Below, in pieces: positions 39,245 to 48,350 of a stretch of DNA of 64,000 nt (positions are counted from its first letter, which is position 1; the number at the start of each line of letters is the position of its first letter). The notes beneath the pieces were generated by a model. It worked only from the letters and a program-made list of their open reading frames with translations. It made no database searches and was not told the origin of the DNA. The DNA lies in NCBI GenBank assembly GCA_038231275.1, contig JBBRLQ010000006.1, positions 96,001 through 160,000 of the forward strand. The letters run 5' to 3'. Source of the DNA: Polyangiales bacterium. GTDB lineage: Bacteria > Myxococcota_A > Polyangia > Polyangiales > Polyangiaceae. Position numbers and translations under genes: made by a program.

Positions 39245-39260
39245 AGCAACGTCCGTACCG
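39245..39260 (-). promoter_or_regulatory. Putative sigma54 (-24/-12) promoter of the diheme lipoprotein gene
   Basis: Minus strand CGGTACGGACGTTGCT (GG-N10-GC, TTGC at -12), about 35 nt before the ATG at 39211. Confidence 0.6.
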
Positions 39261-39341
39261 CGGCGGCGCGCGTCGAAGTCACGGAGATCGCCGCGCGCGA
39301 GAGGCCCGCACTGTGGTGAACGGGCGACGGTGTCGTCCGCG

Positions 39342-40463
39342 TCACCCGTGCCGGACGATGTCGTGGAGAATCGCGTCGGACTCTTTCTTCGCCCACACCG
39401 CGAACTCCGCCATGAACGCTTTGACCTCGCGGAAGCGGTTCACGATGCTCGCCTTGTCTCCCATCGCGATCGCGCGCGCGAAGTGGGCGGCCTCCTGCTC
39501 GAACTTGTGGCTGATCGCGGCCCCCTCGGCGTTCGCGGTCAGGATGTCGGCGTAGAGCTCGGCGCCCTGGGAGAACATGCGCCCGACCATCGCGAGCTCG
39601 GTGCGGTAGATCGGGCTCGCGAACTGGAGCGAGCGCGGCAAGTCCGCCTTCTGTCGTTCGAGCACCGAACCGAGCACCATCGTCTTCTCGTGGACGAGCA
39701 CTTGGATGAGCGCCATCTGCGCGTCGTGCTCTTCGGCGGTGGCCTCGATGATCTCCGCGCCGAACGCCTCGAACAGATCACGGACGCGCGACGCGCCGGA
39801 CGCGCCACGCCCTGCGCAGAGGACGACCTTCTGTCGGTCCATGTCGTCGCCGCTGGGGCCGAACATCGGGTGCGTGCCGACGACGTCGACCTCTGGCTTC
39901 GTCGCGCGGAGCATCGCCTCGAGCGGCGCGCGCTTCACGCTCGTCACGTCGCAGAGGCACGCCCCCGCGCGCACGTGCGGACCGATCTCTTCGATGACCG
40001 CCAGCGTCGCCGCGATTGGCACCGCGACGATCACGAGATCGTGGCGCGACGCGACGTCGACGTTCGGCGCGCCGACGCCGAGGCCGGTCGTCTCCACCGC
40101 ATAGCCCGCGCCCGAGAGGAGGCGAGCGAGGAAGGCGCCCATTCCGGCGGTCCCTCCCAAGATGCCGACCGAGAACCGCTCGCGATGCTCGAACAGCTTC
40201 TCGCGCTGCGCCGCGCGCGACGCCGCGAAGAGGGTCCCGAACACGTCACGCAGAACGTCGCCCGGCACGCCCTCCATCGCCGCGCGCGCGTGGAGATCAT
40301 CCATGTGGGCCCCTTCGCGCTCGCGATCGAACGAGGGCAGGCCCGCCTCCGCCTTGTACGACGCGACGCGCCGGATCAGGCGCATGCGCTCACCCAGGTG
40401 CCGGACGATTTGCTCGTCACAGTGGGTGAGCGCGGCGCGGAGGCTTCGAAGATCGTCGCTCAT
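39342..40463 (-). CDS. tyrA: Bifunctional chorismate mutase / prephenate dehydrogenase
   Basis: N-terminal AroQ-type CM (LRAALTHCD...DREREG), ILGGTAGMG, DVTSVK, HPMFGP, EEHD. Confidence 0.92.
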   Translation of the reverse strand: MSDDLRSLRAALTHCDEQIVRHLGERMRLIRRVASYKAEAGLPSFDREREGAHMDDLHARAAMEGVPGDVLRDVFGTLFAASRAAQREKLFEHRERFSVGILGGTAGMGAFLARLLSGAGYAVETTGLGVGAPNVDVASRHDLVIVAVPIAATLAVIEEIGPHVRAGACLCDVTSVKRAPLEAMLRATKPEVDVVGTHPMFGPSGDDMDRQKVVLCAGRGASGASRVRDLFEAFGAEIIEATAEEHDAQMALIQVLVHEKTMVLGSVLERQKADLPRSLQFASPIYRTELAMVGRMFSQGAELYADILTANAEGAAISHKFEQEAAHFARAIAMGDKASIVNRFREVKAFMAEFAVWAKKESDAILHDIVRHG

Positions 40464-40515
40464 CGGCGGGGAGTGTAGAACAAACCCCGCACGCGAGCGC
40501 GCGCACGTACGAAGG

Positions 40516-40776
40516 TCAGTGCGTGTCGGCGAAAGCGCAGCCGCGATCGGTCTCCTTGATCGCGTTGTCGACGTGCTTCAGCGCCTCGACGCGCCAGCCG
40601 CCCTTGTTGTGCTCGGCCTTCTCGAGAGACGCGCGCGCGGCGCGGAGGCCGGTGAGCGCCGCCGCCATGTTCGGCTGGTCGTGACAGACGCCACCCGCGG
40701 CCGATGCGGTCTGAACGCCGATCGAGACGACGAGGCCAGTGAGCGAGACGAGCGCGATGGGCTTCCACAGGTTCAT
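40516..40776 (-). CDS. Small secreted helical protein
   Basis: AAGGAG SD; signal peptide; QPNMAAAL...KGGWRVEAL; two Cys. Confidence 0.8.
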   Translation of the reverse strand: MNLWKPIALVSLTGLVVSIGVQTASAAGGVCHDQPNMAAALTGLRAARASLEKAEHNKGGWRVEALKHVDNAIKETDRGCAFADTH

Positions 40777-40901
40777 GAGTGCTCTCCTTGGGGACGGGTT
40801 GGGGCTCCACGAAAATCGCGGACGGTGCGTCCGACGGTCCCTACGCGCGCGAGATTCACCTCGCGTCACGCGATAGGCAAGCCCCGACGAAGAGATCACT
40901 C

Positions 40902-41005
40902 GACGTGGACGCGCACGCGTCCGGGCACGACCCCTCAGCTTGCAAGGAGACGATCTCGACGCGACGCCCGCAGACGTGGACGCGCGGACGTCCGGGGGTG
41001 ACCCC
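40902..41005. promoter_or_regulatory. Paired 33-bp direct repeats 71 bp apart, each with a GGAC-N8-GTCC inverted core
   Basis: GACGTGGACGCGC-ACG-CGTCCGGG-CAC-GACCCC (40902) vs GACGTGGACGCGC-GGA-CGTCCGGG-GGT-GACCCC (40973), in a divergent intergenic region. Confidence 0.65.
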
Positions 41006-41107
41006 ACACGAGGGCAAACGATCGCGCTTATTTTTGCGGCCTTCGGGCTCGTCACGACGGCCGACGAAGGACGCACGAGCTAAGCTGCTCCTTCGATGGA
41101 GGTCTTC

Positions 41108-41704
41108 ATGTCGCGTGGTCGAATCGTTTTCGTGGCGAGTGTGGCGGCGGGGATCTTGGCCGCGTGCAGCGGAGACGACACAGCCCCCCTCGGACCGAAG
41201 GACAGCGGCACGATCGACGCGACGGCCGACGACGGGAGCTCCGGCGCGATCGACAGCGCGCCGCCCGACGTCGCGGTGCCCGACACGAGCACCGGAGGCG
41301 GCGGCCCGATCGCCTGCGGGCAAGTGCCGACGTGCGATGGCAAGACGCAAGACTGCTGCCTCGACGCGCCCGCGGTGTGCGCGGCGAAAGGAGCGTGCAC
41401 GGGAAATGTCCTGTCCTGCTCCGGCACGATCAGCTGCGCGACCGGCGACGTGTGCTGCGCTTCGACCACGCGACTCGACGGCGGCGCGGGGGACGCGGGC
41501 GACGGAGGAGACGGCGGCGGCGGAGGCATCGGCACGGTGAAGGCGACGTGCGAGACGACATGCGCCAAAGGGCAGCTCCAACTCTGCACCGACAACGCCG
41601 ACTGCACGGTCCCCGGCGACGAGTGCCGCAAGGGCCCTAGCGGCCTCAAGGGGTGCCGCAAGATCGTCGACGGCGGCGCAGCCGACGCGAGCGACAGCGG
41701 CTGA
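41108..41704 (+). CDS. Cys-rich lipoprotein
   Basis: GGAGG SD, lipobox LAAC, D-A-G linkers, numerous Cys including CC pairs. Confidence 0.8.
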   Translation: MSRGRIVFVASVAAGILAACSGDDTAPLGPKDSGTIDATADDGSSGAIDSAPPDVAVPDTSTGGGGPIACGQVPTCDGKTQDCCLDAPAVCAAKGACTGNVLSCSGTISCATGDVCCASTTRLDGGAGDAGDGGDGGGGGIGTVKATCETTCAKGQLQLCTDNADCTVPGDECRKGPSGLKGCRKIVDGGAADASDSG

Positions 41705-41726
41705 CTCGGGCGACCCGTTTCGCGGA

Positions 41727-42758
41727 TCAGACCGCCAAATCGCTCGGCCTCTCGTCCGGATGCACGAGCAGCGTGCGCACCGCCCAGAGCTCCTCGAAGA
41801 CGCGGTAGCGCGCCGTGTTCTCCAGGTACGCCGCGCCCGTCGAGCCGCCGGTGCCGATCTTCTTCCCGATGAAGCGCTCCACCGTGCGCGCGTGGTGGTT
41901 ACGCCAGAGGATGAAGCTCTCCTCGAATTGGATCAGGTCCTCGCAGAACTGGTAGGCCCCGGCGAATTTCTCCGGCCACGTGTAGACCGCGAGGGCGACT
42001 TGGAAGCCGTGCTGCGCGAGCTGCGCCTTCAGCGTCTTCTCCCGCGTGTCGCGCTCGCGCGTGTAGCCGTCGCGCTCCAGCTCGTCGCCGCTGAACATCT
42101 TCTCGAGGCGCTTCTCGCGCTCCATTCCGTGCTCGAGCGCGCGCGCCACCACCCACTCGCGATCGGCGCTGCGGAGCGGAATCTCCGCGAGGTACGGCAA
42201 GAGCAGCTCGCGCAGACTGCCGCTCCTCTGGACCTCGTCGAGCTGGTCGATCATCTCTTTGGGGAAGCCGGCGAACTCGCGGTAGTCCTTGCCGCCGTAG
42301 GTGATGCGCTGATCGTTGGTGAGACCGCACAGCGTCTCGATGAGGCGCAGCTGGAGCGACTGGAAGCCGCTCGCCGGGGTTAGCGCGTTGCGGAAGCCGA
42401 GAAAATCGATCGGGCGCATCGTCTCGATGACGTGGATCTGCTGCACCATGATCGACCACACGCGGTTCGCCCGCTCCATGTAGTGGTGCGTGCGGATCAT
42501 CGCGAGCTCCGAGACGTCGCGCTCCTTCATGATCCCCTGCACGTGGATCATCTCGTGGAGCGTCAGCTTGAACCAGAGCTCGTAGACCTGGTGCACGATG
42601 ATGAACTGCATCTCGTCGTGGTGCGTCGTGACCGGTCGCTGCGCGCCGAGGAGCTGCGGCACGGCGAGGTAGTCCCAGTAGTTGCGGCGCGGCTCGGCGG
42701 TGCTGAGCGCGGGCGCGCTGTCCTGGGGGGCCGGCGCCTTGGTCTTGCCATCGCTCAT
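41727..42758 (-). CDS. kynA: Tryptophan 2,3-dioxygenase
   Basis: YWDYL, HDEMQFIIVHQVYELWFK, ASGFQSLQLR, WRNHH, IGKKIGTGGSTG. Confidence 0.92.
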   Translation of the reverse strand: MSDGKTKAPAPQDSAPALSTAEPRRNYWDYLAVPQLLGAQRPVTTHHDEMQFIIVHQVYELWFKLTLHEMIHVQGIMKERDVSELAMIRTHHYMERANRVWSIMVQQIHVIETMRPIDFLGFRNALTPASGFQSLQLRLIETLCGLTNDQRITYGGKDYREFAGFPKEMIDQLDEVQRSGSLRELLLPYLAEIPLRSADREWVVARALEHGMEREKRLEKMFSGDELERDGYTRERDTREKTLKAQLAQHGFQVALAVYTWPEKFAGAYQFCEDLIQFEESFILWRNHHARTVERFIGKKIGTGGSTGAAYLENTARYRVFEELWAVRTLLVHPDERPSDLAV

Positions 42759-42793
42759 CGCCGCAGAATGTACCTTGCGTCGCCGGGCCACGA

Positions 42794-43357
42794 ATGGAAA
42801 ATGAGCCTGTGTTCGAGCTCGATCGCCGCATCTTCCTCGCCGTGTACGGCGGGGCCGACCACGGCGCGCTCGCGTTCGTCATGGTCGCTCTGACCGTGCT
42901 CGGCAGCGGCTGGAGCATGATCGGGCTCGTCCCGCTCCTGGTGATTTCTCGGACGCGGCGCGTCGCGATCGCGCTCGTCCTCACCCTCGCCGGGACGTCC
43001 GGCCTCGTCTTCGCGCTTAAGCTCGCCTTCGCGCGCGTCCGTCCCCTCCACGCCCTCGAGGGGGTTCGCGGCCTCTTCGACGCGCCGACCGACTTCTCGT
43101 TCCCGAGCGGGCACGCGGCCGGCGGCTTCGCGTTCGCGGCCTTCGTGACGACGTTGCTCCTCGTCCGGCCTCGCACCGCACGGACGCTCCCCGTGGCGGC
43201 GGGTCTCTTCGTCCTCGCGGCCGGAATCGCGATGTCCCGCGTGTACCTGGGGTGCCACTTCCCGGGCGACGTGCTGGCCGGCTCGCTCGTCGGGCTCGGT
43301 ACCGGCGTGGCGGGAGGTCGCCTGTACACCTTTCGACGCGCCGCCGACCCGCCGTAG
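42794..43357 (+). CDS. PAP2-family membrane phosphatase
   Basis: KLAFARVRP, SFPSGH, SRVYLGCHFPGD. Confidence 0.92.
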   Translation: MENEPVFELDRRIFLAVYGGADHGALAFVMVALTVLGSGWSMIGLVPLLVISRTRRVAIALVLTLAGTSGLVFALKLAFARVRPLHALEGVRGLFDAPTDFSFPSGHAAGGFAFAAFVTTLLLVRPRTARTLPVAAGLFVLAAGIAMSRVYLGCHFPGDVLAGSLVGLGTGVAGGRLYTFRRAADPP

Positions 43358-43422
43358 CCAGTCGTCTGTCCGCCTCATGCCAACCTAGCGGCGGCCCCGA
43401 AGCACGGTATAGTGGGGTTGAA

Positions 43423-44631
43423 ATGCGACGGCTTTCTTCGTGGGCGGTGCGCCTCGGTGCGTCGGCGACGGTCTTCGTCCTCGGCGCGATGTATGTAGGA
43501 TGCAACGACGTATTGATTCCGCAGACCGGCGCGGACAGCGGCGGCGGCGGTGTCGACGGCGACACGCCCGGCTTCGACGCCGATCTCGGCGGGGGTGACA
43601 GCAGCAGCCTCGACGCGGGCGCCGGCGGAGACGTGCGCTCGTCCAAGATCGACTGCACGGGCCAGGACGCGGCGTTCGGTCCGCCCAACGATCTCGGTTG
43701 CACCGGCCTCTACTCGGACTGGGCCAAACGAACCGTGAGCCCCGAGGCCAAAGAGTTCGATCCGGGCCTCCACCTCTGGAGCGACGGCGCCGACAAGACG
43801 CGGTGGATCTCGCTCCCGGCTGGCCAGAAGATCGACACGACCGACATGAACGAGTGGCGCTTCCCCATCGGCACCAAGCTGTGGAAGGAGTTCCGCATCA
43901 CCGGCCACCGCGTCGAGACTCGCCACTACTGGAAGCGCGGGGACAACGACTGGGTGCGCACGACCTACCGCTGGAGCGACGACGAGCTCGCGGCGCAGTC
44001 CTTCACCGAGGGCGCGCAGAACGTCGGCGGCGGCACGTACGGCATCCCGGCCGTCTCGCAGTGCGATTCGTGTCACTCGGGGCGCATCGACAAGGTGCTC
44101 GGCTTCGACGCGGTCAGCCTCTCGTAACCGAAGTCCAAGTACGGCGGGCAGACGCCGGCCATGACCGCGGTCGCCGCGCTCCTCACAGCGCCGCCCACGG
44201 TGGCGCTCACGATCCCCAACGACACGAGCGGCAAAGCGGCCGACGCGCTCGGATGGCTCCACGCGAACTGCGGCGCCTCGTGCCACAACCCGTCGCCGAG
44301 CTCGTTCGCCGGCGTGACCGGCCTCTTCATGAGGCTCGAGGTCGGACCCGCAGGGCTCGGCGCATACGACGCGACGAACACGTACAAGACGGCGGTCTGC
44401 CAGACGTCGCGCTTCCAGCAAGATCCGCCGACCGGCGGTTGGGTGCGGATTTTCCCCGGCAACCTGAATCGCAGCCTCCTCCCCTTCCGCGACGGACGGC
44501 GCAACGATCCGTTCATCCAGATGCCGCCCATCGCGTCGAACATCCCGGACCTCGAGGGCGTCAAGCTCGTGCAGGACTGGGTGCAGACCGGCACGTTCCC
44601 CACGCAAAACACCCCCTGCCCCCAGCCCTGA
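43423..44631 (+). pseudogene. Diheme c-type cytochrome lipoprotein interrupted by one in-frame TAA (44125-44127)
   Basis: Lipobox YVGC, LWSDGADKTRWI, FPIGTKLWKEF, CDSCH before the stop; same frame continues to NCGASCH and MPP after it. Confidence 0.75.
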
Positions 44632-44641
44632 GGTCAATCCC

Positions 44642-44926
44642 ATGAGCGTGCCGCGACGAAGGCTCGGTCGGAAGCTCCTCGTCGCGTCGATCGGCGTGGC
44701 GAGCGTGAGCTACGTGGCGTGCGGGAGCAGCGACATCTCGAACGGCACCGGGGATGGCGGCGTGAACAAGGACGCGACCGACGAGCACGTCGTCGGAAAC
44801 CTCGCGGGCCCGGCGGACGGCAACTTCGTCGATCGCACCCCTCCGCCCGAGGACGCGCCGGTCGATCAGCTCGTCGCGAACCTCGTCCCGCCGCCGTCCG
44901 ACTCCGGTCTCGACGCGAAAGAGTGA
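44642..44926 (+). CDS. Small lipoprotein/peptide with repeated (G/A)N(L/F) motifs
   Basis: GAGG SD; RKLLVASIGVASVSYVAC leader; VVGNLAGP, DGNFVD, LVANLVPPP. Confidence 0.7.
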   Translation: MSVPRRRLGRKLLVASIGVASVSYVACGSSDISNGTGDGGVNKDATDEHVVGNLAGPADGNFVDRTPPPEDAPVDQLVANLVPPPSDSGLDAKE

Positions 44927-44931
44927 GCGGG

Positions 44932-45750
44932 ATGGCCGAGGCCAGCAAGGGCGAGCTGTTCGAGCTCGAGATGCTCGGCGAGGGCATCGAGCGGCGCTAC
45001 CGCAAGATGCGACCCGAGGTGGAGGCGATGCCCTGGGGCACGCTCGACACGACCGGCATCCCCGCGAAGGCGGTGCTGCTCGCGCGCAAGCAGTGGACGG
45101 GCGCGGCCTTCCAGGAGCATCGCACTGGGATTGCGTGCGCGGCGACGTTGCGCGCACTCTTCGAGTGCCGCGCGCCGCTCGATCTCATCGCGATGGCCGC
45201 GCGTTTCCCGATGGACGAGCTCGTCCACGTCGAGCTGTGCGCGCGCATGGCGATGGAGCTCGGCGGCGGCACGGAGATCATCCACGACCCCGACGAGATG
45301 ATTGTCGAGGCCGATCCGGCGCTGCGCCCGCTCCTTCGTTGCGCGGAGCTCGTCGTGCGCTTCTTCTGCGTCGGCGAGGCGCTCTCGATCCCGCTCCTGC
45401 GCGGCACGTGGCACGCCGCGCGGCATCCACTCCCGCGCGCGGTGCTCGCGCGGATCGTGAAGGACGAGGCCGCCCACGGGACCTTCGGCTTCACGTTCCT
45501 CGACTGGGCGCTCGGGTCACTCGACGAATCCGATCGCCGGCACCTCGGCGCGCAGGCCGACCGGTCCATCCGCGCGGTCCATCGGCAGTGGGACAACATC
45601 AAGAAGACGCGCCTCGGCCTCTACGACGAGGTCGCCGGCGACGCGCTGGCGTGGATGCAGTCGGACGCCTACCTCGCGCTCGCGGCGCGATCACTCGAGG
45701 ACAAGGTACGCAAGCCGCTGCTCGCGCGCGGCATTCCGATCACCGCGTAG
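44932..45750 (+). CDS. Ferritin-like diiron-carboxylate protein
   Basis: QEH...DELVH...VGE...DEAAH: the paired E / DExxH ligand pattern of four-helix diiron proteins. Confidence 0.82.
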   Translation: MAEASKGELFELEMLGEGIERRYRKMRPEVEAMPWGTLDTTGIPAKAVLLARKQWTGAAFQEHRTGIACAATLRALFECRAPLDLIAMAARFPMDELVHVELCARMAMELGGGTEIIHDPDEMIVEADPALRPLLRCAELVVRFFCVGEALSIPLLRGTWHAARHPLPRAVLARIVKDEAAHGTFGFTFLDWALGSLDESDRRHLGAQADRSIRAVHRQWDNIKKTRLGLYDEVAGDALAWMQSDAYLALAARSLEDKVRKPLLARGIPITA

Positions 45751-47092
45751 GGACCTCGGCGATCGGCGTTCCCGGACGGGAGGGCGCGCCGCGATCGTCG
45801 GGGAGAACCGAGACGCTCGTGTGCTCGAAGCGCACGCGCACCGCGGCGTCGTCGATGCGTGCGCTCTGCATGTAATAACTCTGCAAACGCTCGGGCGTTC
45901 CGTGGAGGGCGAGGCTCCACACCGTCCCCCATTGCCGCTGCGTGCGGTAGCCGTTCCGATCGCGGGCGTGCGGGATCTCGCGCTCGGTGCCGTCGGCGTG
46001 AATCGCGACGATGCGGAGATCGGGCATCTCCGTCCCGACGCAGTGCTCGAAGGTCGGGTAGCACGCGAAGGGGTAGGACTGCATTTGGCCACGCGCGCCT
46101 TGCACGACGACCCCGACGAGGACCGCGACCCCGACCCCGACCGCCGACGCCGACTCCGACTCCGACGCCGACCCCGACTCCGACCCCGACTCCGACTCCG
46201 ACGCCGACGCCGACGCCGACTCCGACTCCGACCCCGACTCCGACCCCGACTTCGCGCGCGTCCATCGTGCAACGCGGCGTTCGATCGGCCGCATGTCGAG
46301 CAGCATCACGTAGCAGCCCCAAAGGCTCAGAAACGGGATCAAGAAAATCGCCTGCGTGCCGAGATGAAACAGGACGCCGAGCATCGCGCCCCACACGCGG
46401 AGGCGCGGGACGAGGAACAGCGCGGGCGCGCCGAGCTCGAACGCGAGGACGCCGAGGCCGCCGGCGTGGAGGAGCCACGGGTGATGATCGATCCGAAACG
46501 TCGGGACGACGCCGTGCTCGGCCCACTTCCAATAGAGCTGATTCTGCAGATTGTCCGAGAGCGCCCACGCGAGGCCCGACGTGTGCAGCTTGTGGAAGCC
46601 GGGGAAGAAGTACACCGCCGCGAGGAGGAGGCGCGCGACGAAGAGCGGACGCGCGTACGCGAGGGCGACGGCTCCGATGGGGCGCGTGCGGGCGTCGACG
46701 GCGAGCGTGTGATCGCAGGGGCTCGCCGCAAGAATGGCGGCGAGCCAGAGGAGGTGCATGTCGTGCCAGACCTGGCCGGTCATCTGCGCGATCGCGCCGA
46801 GGTAGAAGGTGCCGAGGGTCATGATGACGAGCGCCGGACGCGCGCGCACGCCGACGATCGCGAGCAGCGCGGCGAACGCGGTGACCAGCTCGACGACGAT
46901 CGCGAGATCGGCGCGGATCGGCACGATCGCCGCGAACCATCCGAGGCCTTCTGGCGCGACGCGCAGCGCCGGCGAGAGCGCCGCGACGCGGACACCTTCA
47001 CGAAGCGTCGGTCCCGCGAGGATGAGCGCGGGGACGGCGATGCGCAGCGCCGCGAGCGTCGCGGCGGGCTCCGGACGGAGGCGAGACCTCAG
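45740..47092 (-). CDS. HTTM-domain membrane protein with a Ser/Glu repeat insert; start uncertain
   Basis: LAALRI, ASPCDHTLAVD, VYFFPGFHKL...W, FELGAP, FHLG, YPFACYPTF. Confidence 0.75.
   Translation of the reverse strand: MRSRLRPEPAATLAALRIAVPALILAGPTLREGVRVAALSPALRVAPEGLGWFAAIVPIRADLAIVVELVTAFAALLAIVGVRARPALVIMTLGTFYLGAIAQMTGQVWHDMHLLWLAAILAASPCDHTLAVDARTRPIGAVALAYARPLFVARLLLAAVYFFPGFHKLHTSGLAWALSDNLQNQLYWKWAEHGVVPTFRIDHHPWLLHAGGLGVLAFELGAPALFLVPRLRVWGAMLGVLFHLGTQAIFLIPFLSLWGCYVMLLDMRPIERRVARWTRAKSGSESGSESESASASASESESGSESGSASESESASAVGVGVAVLVGVVVQGARGQMQSYPFACYPTFEHCVGTEMPDLRIVAIHADGTEREIPHARDRNGYRTQRQWGTVWSLALHGTPERLQSYYMQSARIDDAAVRVRFEHTSVSVLPDDRGAPSRPGTPIAEVPTR
46126..46251 (+). repeat. 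Hexamer tandem repeat CCGAC(T/G/C), read on the minus strand as SE/SA/SG then VG
   Basis: About 20 CCGACN units. Confidence 0.93.
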
Positions 47093-47445
47093 CGCCGTTG
47101 ATCGCTCTGCGCGGGCGAGGCGACGTCGCGATCGAGGCGCGCGTCGAGGTACGTGCCGTGACTGGCGACCGCGTTGCGGCACGCCGCGTAGAGGAACGGG
47201 TCGACCTTCTCGAGGTCGGCCAGGGTGACGCCGCTGGCGACGACGACGCCGCGGGCGTCCCTCACCTCGAGCTGATCGCCGACGAGGAACGTCACCTTGT
47301 AGTCGCGCGTCTGGAGCGCGAAGGTCGCCTTGTGCTGCCGCGCGTCGGCGGCGCTGCGAGGCGATATGCCGGGATCTTCGACGGGCGTGCCGCACGAGGG
47401 CAACGCGAGCGCGGCGAGCAGAACCAAGGCGGCGTGGGTTCGCAT
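47089..47445 (-). CDS. Small hypothetical lipoprotein
   Basis: MRTHAALVLLAALALPSC lipobox; GC3-rich frame. Confidence 0.7.
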   Translation of the reverse strand: MRTHAALVLLAALALPSCGTPVEDPGISPRSAADARQHKATFALQTRDYKVTFLVGDQLEVRDARGVVVASGVTLADLEKVDPFLYAACRNAVASHGTYLDARLDRDVASPAQSDQRR

Positions 47446-47486
47446 GCACGGAGTATCCCCCCGCGGCGGCCCGATTTCCAGTCCCG

Positions 47487-48350
47487 CTACTTCGCGCAGC
47501 GGATGCCGATGTCTTCGGCGCCGGAGCCCATCGGGTGCGTCCAGCGGCGCGAGGCGCGGAGGCGGTCCGGCGAGTCTTGCCAACTACCGCCGCGCTTGGC
47601 GTGCTGCGGCGCGGTCGCGGGGCCTTGGGGATCGTCGGTCGGACTGCTCGCGTAGTAAGCGGCGTCGTAGAAATCGTTCACCCACTCCCAGAGATTTCCG
47701 CCCATATCGAGGGCGCCGGCCGCCGAGGGCGCTGTCGGGTGCGAGCCCACCACGTCGGTCTTCACGGCGTCGCTCGTCGCGCGGCACGCGCCTGCTGCGT
47801 TCGCGGAGTTCGCCGCGGCCGTGGCCGAGAAGCTCGCGAGCGTGCAGGTCGGGGATGCGTTTCCCCACGGGTAGAGGCGGCCGTCGGTACCGCGCGCGGC
47901 CCACTCCCACTCGGCCTCGGTGGGCAGACGCTTGCCACGCCACGCGCAGTACGCGTGCGCCTGATCCCAATCCACCCACGCCACCGGGTAGCGCGCGTGG
48001 CCGGACGGATCGAAGTCGCGCGACGGCGCCACGCACGCACCGGCGGCCACGCACTCCTGGTATTCGCGCTGCGTCGTCTCGAGCGTGTCGAGCGCGAAGG
48101 CGTGGACGTTCACCGTGTGGGCCGGCTTCTCGTCGTCGTTGCAGGCGACGTCGATCGCGACGTTGCAGCCCATCGTGAACGCGCCGGCCGGCACGACGAG
48201 GAGGCCTCCCCCGAGGAGCGGCGCAGCGCCATCGGCGGCGGCGTCGGCGGGCGGCGACTCTCCGGTCTTCGGGCTGGAGGACGTGCACGCGACGACGCCG
48301 AGCGCGCCGAAGATCGCGAAGAACGACGCGGCGCGTGCGAGGAGCGTCAC
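47487..48350 (-). CDS. Formylglycine-generating enzyme (SUMF1) family lipoprotein
   Basis: GTG overlaps upstream TGA; FTMG, DEKPAH, RLPTEAEWEWAARG, DMGGNLWEW, RGGSW, GIRCA. Confidence 0.9.
   Translation of the reverse strand: MTLLARAASFFAIFGALGVVACTSSSPKTGESPPADAAADGAAPLLGGGLLVVPAGAFTMGCNVAIDVACNDDEKPAHTVNVHAFALDTLETTQREYQECVAAGACVAPSRDFDPSGHARYPVAWVDWDQAHAYCAWRGKRLPTEAEWEWAARGTDGRLYPWGNASPTCTLASFSATAAANSANAAGACRATSDAVKTDVVGSHPTAPSAAGALDMGGNLWEWVNDFYDAAYYASSPTDDPQGPATAPQHAKRGGSWQDSPDRLRASRRWTHPMGSGAEDIGIRCAK

Noticed and set aside
44125..44127. Selenocysteine or pyrrolysine recoding of the internal stop
   Set aside because: The codon is TAA, not TGA or TAG
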